NCBI GenBank assembly: GCA_002633005.1
Contig: NMRA01000915.1
Location: 36,855-100,854 of the forward strand
Origin: Phoronis australis
Taxonomy: Eukaryota > Animalia > Phoronida
Direction of reading: 5' to 3'
Length of the DNA stretch: 64,000 bases
Positions 55,301-64,000 of the stretch are shown here, piece by piece (position 1 is the stretch's first letter; each line of letters starts with the position of its first letter). The position numbers and the translations under genes are program-made. Under the pieces are notes generated by a model that had not been told where the DNA came from, searched no databases, and saw only the letters and a program-made list of their open reading frames with translations.

Positions 55301-58300
55301 GAGAGTTAGTAAGGTAGCTAAGCCATTGTGTTAGAATGTTGCAGCCCTAATCTCTATTACCACTAATCTTTGTTGTCAACAGAATTAGCCGGCATGACGA
55401 GTAAACGTTATTTTGTCTGGTTACTTTTGTCTTGTACTATTCACATTGTACTCATTGCTAGATGTAAAATAGACTGAAGTGATTTGTATTATACCGCCAT
55501 CTAAGTCAGGGCTGCCAAAGTTCTGCTCTCGCTGTCCTTCTTTCCTCATTGAAGCAATTATTGTCCGACGAGATGTAGGTCTTTTCTCAACAGTCAACCC
55601 TCATTTCTTATAGAGTATTTTACGTGGACGTTTTTAACCGGCCTTAATTTAAGTAAATGTCTGGCAGCCAAGGGCGGAAATTGACAATTTGAAATAAAAT
55701 CGCAAAAAACGATGAATGTGGTTGTTTTTACAAGTCTGGTCAGAGTTAATAACTTTAAGAGGTCCATCCCAAAAATGGCGTTCTTCGTCCTTAAAAAAAG
55801 ACCATGTCCCTTTAAAGGATATACCTTTTTGTGCATCATTACCTGAGAAATTCCGTACGAGTTACACAGTCGCAGGGTCTTGTTGACTTCGTCACAGGTC
55901 ATAGGATTTCTGAAAATATTTCGTTTTCAAAATCAGAAGCACGATGCTTACAAAGGAGCTCGAGTGCACCTATAGCCCACTTGTAAAAATTCATGCGCTC
56001 AGGTAGTCTCCTAGACCCCTGATAACACGAAATTTATATCTTACCATGTTCTGAGTAATTCTAGATGGGCAAAAACAAAAAATGACATGATATACCATAA
56101 TTGTCGTCAAGATTACCCCTAAAACACAACGACGCCCATGCGTCTTGTAAATGTATCGCCTCAGCCAACTTTTACCGCGTTCACACGAGGACTTTCATAA
56201 TAAGGCAAATAGGACTCTTGTGTCCGGTTGTATAGGAACAGTTCCAATAGGAACTCGGTTAAGTTCTCTAAATTTTCAGCGTATCTTTAGACTTTTTTAT
56301 TCAGTAATATTTTCCATCGCTTTATCTTTATTGGAAGCTCTTCTCTTATTTGTGACGTTTTACAGTGATCTGTATCTGAAAACCGGCCCTTGATTTCACT
56401 GAGTTCTTAAATTTGGGTCATTGCATGAAAAGGTCTATTGTTTATTTTCAATAGTATTATGAATTCAACGTAGAGTTTTGTATCCTTGCGTGTCAAAAAC
56501 CAAAAGTTGCAACGCAGATAAAATAACAGAAACGGCAAAATCAGTATTTTTGCAAACGTCACAATGCGCAGAAAATGTAGGAAGGAAGTTGACTCCCTAT
56601 TGTGCCTGTTTCATGCAACGGGGCACTGGCAAATCACGGGCGATCACAATGGACAGGCAGACCTTCTTCTCGTGATCGGAGGGAAAACCAGCTGTCTGAT
56701 TACTCAGACGTCTGACGAGCATTGACAAGCATATGGTTGTTCAGACCGCGGATCAGACATCATATCAGATGTGCCTTCTGACGAGACGCCATTGGAACGT
56801 ATTGGTTCTCACCTGACGTATATTGCAGGGGGCACTAAAGTTTTCCAAAACTTCATAGCCGCAGTTTCGAAGGTCGTCGATATATCTGGCTGAATGTTGT
56901 TCACATACTTTTCGTACGGCGGCAGTTTTTCATTTATGGCTACTGGTAACCATTCGTTTATAATGATATTCTGAAAATAAGCGACAAAGTCCAGGGTTAC
57001 TCTCACTCAGTTGTAGAAACTCTAAAACATTCCATATGTTTATTTAAGAGCACAACTTATTCACACAGTTTTTCCATTAACTTCATCTGTGGGGCTTTAA
57101 AATTGGTAGATTTTGGCGGACATAAAGATAAGGCTCAATACATGTAATAACTACCTGTGCGTACAAGTTAAAGAAGACACCAATAGTGCACAGGAAAAGA
57201 GAACAGTCTCCGGGTTTTTTTAAAAGAAGAAGGTCTTTTGCAAGCTTTCAATATCCAGGAAATAGTATGTCTGATATGACTTAAAACCGATTACAAAACA
57301 CTATTAAGTACATTGTAGTTTGTTAACAAAATTGGCTTAAAAGCAAACACGAAATTATTAAGACACGTTTTACATAGTTTTTGCACTGATCGCCATGATG
57401 TCATAGTTTGTCGTTGAATGCGTGCCTGGTCGAGACGTTTTTACATTTATCGGACATGAGTTATTTGGAATTAAGGTATGTTAATATTTCTACCCACCAC
57501 CACCAGCTACAACGAGCGGTTTACCGATGCAATACTACAAAGTGACCGTAATTTAATTGTTTTTTTACTTCAGCTGACATGAAACAATTTCACAGAATAG
57601 CGTAATTGTCCCTAAATAGTTTTACCAAAGACAAAAAACGGACTTGACAAACACGAGGACCGCCGGCTAAATGTGTCTGTTATGATACCTACCTGATAAA
57701 TAGCGATGACTTTCTTACGTGCTGTGTAAAAACGCTCTTCGTCGGTTAAGTTGGCATTAAGCTGCAGAGCAACATGGTTGTGTAGTCGGAACCACAGGGT
57801 CGCCAGAGAAAATATTGCGGGGTTTTGATGAGCGTGCACGTCACCAAACACTAGAATAAAAGCAGAATGAATATGAAATCTGGTGCAAGCCCCCAATCAG
57901 AAAAAAAAGTTCTTTTGACTCGGACCAATCGTCGCTTCTGAAAAATAGTTCTCTTGACTCGGATCACTCACGGCTTCTGAAAAAATAGTTCTCTTGACTC
58001 GGACCACTCACCGCTATGTTCATAAATAAGGTTGAAAAGGATTTTCCAGATATTCTGTGAGCCTGGGAAAAGTGAAAATTTGTTATTTCTTAAAATCAGG
58101 CTCAATGCGTTGACTTGACTGCGTTGAATCAAAATGTGCAGAGCATGGCGTCTTGTATCGACGAACTATCACGTCTTTTGGAGGACAAGGCCCAGAAATT
58201 ACAACCGTTCTGAAAAAAGAACGAGATGTGGCTAATTTTGTAACAGCAACGTGATCTAAGTAAAAAATTATTTAACGACAGAATCAGGTACATACCAATT

Positions 58301-61300
58301 TTCGATGTGTTAGCACGATGAAGACAATATGTTGCATTCATAGACACTTCTGCTAAAGGCGTTCTTTTATACTTAAAGTTACAGTTGTGATGTGAACACT
58401 AGGGAGTGAAAGATGCGGAACAGTATTTGTACTTACTGTAGAGTTTATCTGTATCCTGGTACTCGTTTTTTAGTGGATTTGGAATATTTTGAAATGGTAA
58501 TCCGGGCTTGTTAATGCCCGGGTATTGTGGGTTATCCGGTAATGTCACTAGCGTCCCATTGATGAAGGATCGAAGAACATTCGCCCAAACTTCGCTACTC
58601 CCGTATATGAAGCTACCGTCTATCCAACTGGTTGCACTGTTAACCTTAAAATTAAACTTTACATATTGATATATACGGTTATGATCAACAGATGGCGTTA
58701 TATAGGTAGCATTTCGTTATACGTTCGAACCAATGGCGGAATAAACTAAGTTTTAAGAAAACGTAGTAGTTCGTATTAAATCTATCACCAGTTAAGACAT
58801 TACACATATAATATGGGCGCTGTAAATACGACTGCTTACAATAACTTTTTATTGAGACCGTTTACAGTTGATTCTTATACTGCAGATTACATGTGCTTTC
58901 TGGGCTTAGAAAGAAGTACATACAAGTTGACTTGACCCAGTTGATCATTTCATGCGCCGAGCATAGTCTGAAGCAATATCGAGCCGTTACTAATTCCCCA
59001 AGCTAGACGTCCATAGATCACAACTGAGCAAAGAAAAAATTGAGACGTTTGCATGAAACGGTCCCAAATATTTACTCCACCAAGTTCCCTAACTGACCTG
59101 TTGTGTATTTGTGGTCTTGTAAAAATACTGATTGTCCTTTCTTAGTACGCTGTTTGAGTATCGTTACTAAGCCAGTTTTTGGCTTTGATACAAGTCGAGA
59201 GTGAATTCTACGTCGAATTCTCAGTATTAATGAAAATAAGTAGGGATATTTTCATGCAATGCCCCTAATTTAAGGACTATGTCCCTAATTTTTTTATTGA
59301 ATTAAAGGCTCAGTTTTTAGTTATATTATTAGAAAATGTCATTTGTAACAGAGGAGCTCGTAACAAAGGTAAAATTATAGATAAACATTACGTATGTGAG
59401 TTATGAACGAAATAAATGAGCAAAACATTTGGAGAAGTAGTTGAGTCCCTATTAGGGACTGTTTCATGCAACCGGCCACAGGGGCCCATATTATTAAAGT
59501 TGTACACTTCAGTGGTTGTCACGTGTCTTGCAAACGGAACGTTTGGTTTTATAGAAACACAACGGCCATCTTTATGAACCTCTTGAACTGTGTGTTGGTT
59601 AATTCTCAGTTAATTCTTCCCTGGAAACACTGCAAAAATACTCTAACGTGTGGTTATGCACGCAAACACATATTTGAATGCTTTTTATAATCAGTTTTAA
59701 GATCGACAACTTAAGTAACGTGGGCAGAACCGTTTTAGCGGCACTTTTTGTTTACCATCCAAGGGTTTCTTACTTTGATACCAGCGGAGGATGCCATGCG
59801 TACATTGTGCAAATTGTTATTTTTAGTGCCTGCCTTCTACTGTTCAACGTATGCGACAGTTTAATTCATTCATACTTGTACAGTTTTAAATGCGGCTGTT
59901 TTTTTTTAAATTGTGAAGTGAAAATAGTTGAATTAGACATGAAAGAAAAAGTGGAACTGTTAGGCCGGCGAAAGTACTCACGAAACGTTCTCCTACAGCC
60001 TAGGGTCGTATGACTAAAAGATTAAACTTAAAACCGCGGAGTAAAGTAAGACGAAACTTAGTCGAACGTAATAAACTATGAAAGAAGAATTCGTACTTGT
60101 TTTCTTGGATTGTTCAAAGATTGTCCAGTCTTCTTGTCGTAGCGCGCCCGCTCGAACGGCATGTTATCGTCACCAAGTTTTGGGTCATTTTTAAGTGGCA
60201 CATTAATGACCTCTGGCGGGCAAGTTGGCTGCGATGAGTCACTGATCTCCATAGAAACCATCTGACCTGAACAGAAAAGCGATGAATGGAGAGGCGATGG
60301 CATACAGAGATCTGTTGATAGTAGACTGTAACCAATCAGTCATAAGTATTTACTTAAATATTTTTGGAAACATGGGGCGCCTATCAATACAAAAGAAACG
60401 ACGATACTTTCGGTGATCATGCATTTTCATATTCAACTATAAAATATGCAATATTCCGACGTTTCGTTTAAACTTTCAGTATGACCTATTTTTGTATTTA
60501 TACGTCAACCTCTCGATTATTAATTCACACTAAAATACAATCCTACATAGCGACACTTCAACTTTAAAGAGAAAAGTCAGATGTGTATATATATTGCATA
60601 TTCTTGAACAAGAATCCGTTTGCCTGTTTTAATAAGATGTGGTACCTTTTCGAAGTTCATTTTACACAGAGTCTAAAAAGAGACTCCCGATCAGTCTAAA
60701 TTGTGACTCAGGTTTTCGTGTTGACTCTGAGTAAAACCGTCGTAAAGTTAGGGCGTTTCAGTGAAACACGACCCCTATAGTCAAAACATTTCTTGCTAGT
60801 ACTAATGCTGTAGCCAAAAGTTGATATTACACAAAGGACGTCGAACATGGGCAATCAATCTTGAATGGTGAATAATTCCATGGACGCCAAATTGTTTTTC
60901 AGCACCACCGGCGTGGCCACGGGGCGCTATGGGACCATGGCCCCTATGTGCTTTGCAAAAATTCTGTTCAAAACTCGTTTCAGTTTTGCGTTTGTCCCTT
61001 TGCTGCATGTAAAGAGGTCCTAGATTACAAACTAAGGTTTTGCAATAAAAGATTATGTAGAAAACTTACTGAAAAAGGCAAACAGGGCAGTCCTATTGGG
61101 AGAATATTCAGTTGGCGATGTACAGTTAAACAGCGCGTTGCTAACATGTCGCGCGTTGGGTCTGCCGGCGAACGTAGCCTGGTATGTCCCGTCATCGTAC
61201 ACCGTAGGCACTTTGTTTATATAGTGCTCGCCTGTAGAAAAAAAAAGAAAACAGAGTCACAATTCAAATGCTACAAGAAGAGACATACACAGTCTGATTT

Positions 61301-61978
61301 TGATTTTGTGCCTTGTAGTTGTTATCAACTTTAGTTGTTGTTTTATAGCTCCTGGAGAACTTGCTTTACTACAACAAGAACATCGATGGATACGACAAAA
61401 ATGATGGCCACATAGTGACAAGACCAACGACTGGGACAACGACACCAATTAGAAAAATGTGACTAAAAGTACACCAAACACATCATAAAGAAGAATAATT
61501 ATTGTAACCATTTCGTTCGCGTGAACTGAGACATGAATTTCAACCAAAAATCAGTGGTGGGTACTGAATCTGTTTAAGTGACATATTACAGATTTTAATG
61601 CGGACGTTTAATGAATTCTTTGAAGCAAAATATCACCGTGTAACCCTCATTAAATCTCAGACGTTTGGGACAAATCTGAAATCTCGTTACAAAATTTGCT
61701 CAATCGACAAACGTATTTGAAATTCGAAGCGAGTTGAAAAACCACCGCCTCGAACAAGAGAATCCACTTTGTGGCACAGTGGGTATTTTACATTGGAACG
61801 ATGGTTTCGTGTTTGAGAGAAGTCAATTATTATCATTGTTTAACAACAGTTAGCAGCCAGCTATTGATGAAAGCAGTTCTTGGTGCTTAAATTTCTCGAT
61901 TTTTACCTGTCGACCCCCACTCTATATTTGCCAAGTTATTGTACCAGCCATCGAAGCGTTGCCTTTCAAAGACAATAT
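31353..61978 (-). CDS. DUOX: Dual oxidase (peroxidase-homology domain, TM, EF-hands, 6-TM ferric reductase, FAD/NADPH-binding); 28 exons, 5' signal-peptide exon not identified
   Basis: Exons in transcript order, all GT-AG with consistent phases: 61907-61978 ([13 protein letters not shown]), 61070-61231, 60097-60266, 58437-58644 ([11 protein letters not shown]), 57693-57850 (WFRLHN), 56813-56970, 55843-55909, 55002-55104, 54215-54372, 53412-53587 ([15 protein letters not shown]), 53109-53221, 52641-52790 (TM), 51940-52062, 42937-43145, 42098-42283, 41459-41551, 41114-41249 (EF-hand [12 protein letters not shown]), 40777-40870 (EF-hand [12 protein letters not shown]), 39669-39980, 38650-38804, 37978-38208, 36490-36630, 35968-36249 (heme His pairs FHK..IH and THK..LHG), 35294-35523 (HPFTLTS), 34053-34217 ([14 protein letters not shown]), 33516-33671, 31789-31917, 31353-31478 (FSCGP...HYENF*). 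Total 4463 nt, no in-frame stops. Confidence 0.97.
33167..33321. mobile_element. hAT-type MITE (155 bp)
   Basis: TIR agtgctgtagtgg / ccactacagcact and an 8-bp TSD catacaag at 33159-33166 and 33322-33329. Confidence 0.85.
38929..39235. mobile_element. Penelope-like inverted terminal-repeat fragment with a hammerhead-like motif in each arm
   Basis: About 120-bp inverted arms 38929-39048 / 39077-39199. Flanking direct repeat ctc(a/g)aagaaacta at 38917-38929 and 39235-39247. Motif cttCGGAAGAtggct-N9-agccGAAACtGTCaag on - at about 38970-39009. Confidence 0.6.
43310..43820. mobile_element. Non-autonomous DNA transposon with short TIRs
   Basis: atgtaggacccta versus taaggtcctgcat, with an AT-rich interior typical of MITE subtermini. 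Confidence 0.45.
44883..45942. mobile_element. GGCCC-terminal MITE related to the 8805-9197 element (right end repeated near 47617)
   Basis: ggtctgggttctaatctctgaactcgaaagcgaactcgaaataatt versus ctcgagtacaaagactagaaaccgggccc. Confidence 0.5.
45526..48872. repeat. Direct tandem duplication of about 1.67 kb (45526-47202 and 47205-48872) joined at a single N
   Basis: Both copies start tacttgt.tactcagtt.tccaggaagtcgctagg and end catgaagttct.gcatct, with scattered SNPs and small indels. N at 47203. Confidence 0.95.
53920..53967. repeat. (TATG)n microsatellite
   Basis: Imperfect tatg/gtat run. Confidence 0.85.
57909..58015. repeat. Minisatellite, 39-40-bp unit, about 2.7 copies
   Basis: gttctcttgactcgga.cactcacggcttctgaaaaata units start at 57909, 57948, 57988. 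Confidence 0.85.
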
Positions 61979-62099
61979 CTGGAAAGAAGAGTGAAATATT
62001 ACGCTCGCTGTACAGCTCATTGTATTTCGAAAGTCCATTCTGTATGTCCAGAACATAATCAAACAGTAACGTTATTGCCGTGTTTACGAGTAATTTATT

Positions 62100-62405
62100 C
62101 CTCAATAATTTATTTGTTGCTAGTGGAAGTGTTGGCAGCGTTTCTGATTACAGTTTTGGTGGTGATGAGAAAGGTTAATTGTTGGCGTTGGTAATGGTGA
62201 TGAAGCTCTTGGGTGTTGATGGCGGTGCAGGTGGTTAATTGTTCTTGCGTTAGGAGTGGTGGTATTGCTGTTTGGTGTTGATGGTGGTGGCTGTGGTGGT
62301 GATGGAGGTTGTTGTAGCGTTGGTAGGAGTCAGGGTGATTTTGTTGGGTTGTGGTGGTTGTATTTTTGGTGTCAGTAGGACCCGGTTATGATGGTGGAGG
62401 TTGAG
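62100..62405. repeat. Low-complexity (GGT/GTT)-rich tract
   Basis: Degenerate ggt/gtt triplets with stops; no coherent ORF. Confidence 0.7.
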
Positions 62406-62480
62406 TTAGTTATTAAACAATAATATTCCTATCTCCACGCATTGAAATTTTCATTTCATGAATTTTTCATTAACCTACAG

Positions 62481-62708
62481 CACACATCACGAATTTTTGT
62501 CCGACCGGTCGGCTAGGAGTCGACTACCGGCCGTCGACCAGTCGGCAAATTAACCGACCGGTCAGCTAATTTTTAGCCGACCAGCAGCAGGCCGCAGTGC
62601 CGACTCATAAGGCCACCCACCAGCCGACTCTACAGCCGACCTTAAATTGCCGAACGGCCGTCAGCCGACCTGCTAGTCGGCTGCTGTTTTTAGGCTAGAG
62701 TAGCAGTG
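62481..62708. mobile_element. Small CAC...GTG-bounded element with CCGAC/GTCGG subterminal repeats (CACTA/EnSpm-like MITE)
   Basis: Numerous ccgac/gtcgg motifs in both orientations between cacac (62481) and cagtg (62708). Confidence 0.5.
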
Positions 62709-64000
62709 TAATAGGTTGTCGGGCTGATACCGCTTCGCGTGCAGTTGCATATTCGTCACGGCACAGGGTCAAATAAATCAACCTAGTTTTACTGCGTTTC
62801 CATTACATGAGTTCACATGGGTTGTGTTAATTGACACCACTAATTCGAAGGCAGGAGTCAAACGGTAATATTGGAGTCAAACGGTAATATTGAACATTGG
62901 ATTATGGACAATGCAATAAGTTTTGGATAACGAAGCGTTAAAGCTAGTTTTCTTTACATTTGATCTTTTGGCTCGTGACGTTAACAAGTTGCATTAGATT
63001 GGCTGCTTCCCAGTCAATACAACGGCGTAGCCATTTTGTAAACGCAGTTATTTTTACAGTCTTTACCCACATTTGTTTTTTGCTTGTGTTACGCCGAACT
63101 GTATCTTTTTGCGTTTTTAAAATTCCTCACGGGTCTCTTATCATGCGCCCATGATGGTGGGATAGTGAATGAGTTGTTGCACCAAAGAGGTCTTACTCCG
63201 CAAATTTTATTTTCACAGTATTAACCCTTGCACTAAAGACACGAAATACACGGAACTTTATGCCGTAAGCCCACGGACTTGGAAGGCTCTAACTTCGAAA
63301 TCATACGGTTACGATTTCCACGAAATTAGACAGTGACATCAAACACGGATTGACCATTGTTGAGGCTACTACCAATTGTAGCTTTGCGCATTCCGTTTTC
63401 ATGCATCGGTGACGGTAAAATCTGCTCTAGTTACATGTATCAGTTGGTCGCTGTCGTTGTTCCAAAAACAAATATTTTGTGTCAACAACATATTGACAAA
63501 TTGTATAATATAAAACAATTTTGAACCGTAAGATGCGAATACGTGGTGAAGAGGTATTTGTCTCTACGCGGCATTTGTGCGTGAATCTTTGGCAAATCGA
63601 ATGCTTTGTCGAAAAAATGAAAGAAAATACACCAAAGTACACTTTTTGAGAAGCAAAGCGTCTGGTGATGTTTATAGCTCATGATCTGGCCTCCTTAGGT
63701 AGTAAGTGACGCTGAATTACATATAGCAACTATGGCTCCAAAATAAAAAATATCACGATTGTATTGCCTCCCCCCCCTTCTCCCCTAGTTCTGCACTTTC
63801 CAATGAGTCATTACGCCAGATTTGGTTTAGTTTCTGTCCTAAAATTGCAGAATCGTTCTTCTGTGGTCAGCTGTAACGAGACCTACAATTTTTGGGACGG
63901 TGCTCAATCTTAAAAACTTCCAGCATGAGAGCGCTTTGTCAGAAATGCCAAGCACATGCAGTGTCCACAAAAGTGCTTTGAGCAGCGTGTACAAATTTGT

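Noticed and set aside
57909-58015. Short repeats as a CRISPR array (also 26650-26930 and 6790-7810)
   Set aside because: The units are contiguous or share their inter-repeat sequence, there are no unique spacers or cas genes, and the context is eukaryotic.
63482-63682. Minus-strand ATG ORF as DUOX exon 1
   Set aside because: No clear signal peptide and no convincing phase-1 donor.

Overview
AT-rich, intron-containing animal genomic DNA (probably an invertebrate; no prokaryotic features). Three spliced protein-coding genes can be built by hand. (1) The 3' part of a small single-pass membrane protein gene on + (confident exons 15020-16621), whose cytoplasmic tail ends in a Gly/Glu/Tyr stretch like an alpha-tubulin tail. 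(2) A complete 11-exon gene on + (19921-29980, about 1021 aa): signal peptide, 15 full EGF repeats plus one truncated, one TM helix, a GC-AG intron, and a predicted C-terminus -ERLV that resembles the Crumbs ERLI PDZ-binding motif. (3) A dual oxidase (DUOX) on - (28 exons, 31353-61978, about 1487 codons; the signal-peptide exon was not found), tail-to-tail with gene 2. Introns and intergenic DNA hold a solo LTR with a 5-bp TSD, several MITEs, a decayed TIR element with SWIM-finger remnants, a dimeric 280-bp satellite, a Penelope-like inverted repeat with hammerhead-like cores, and a 1.67-kb tandem duplication joined at a single N (probably an assembly artefact). All models come from manual reading of splice sites and frames; no database searches were run.
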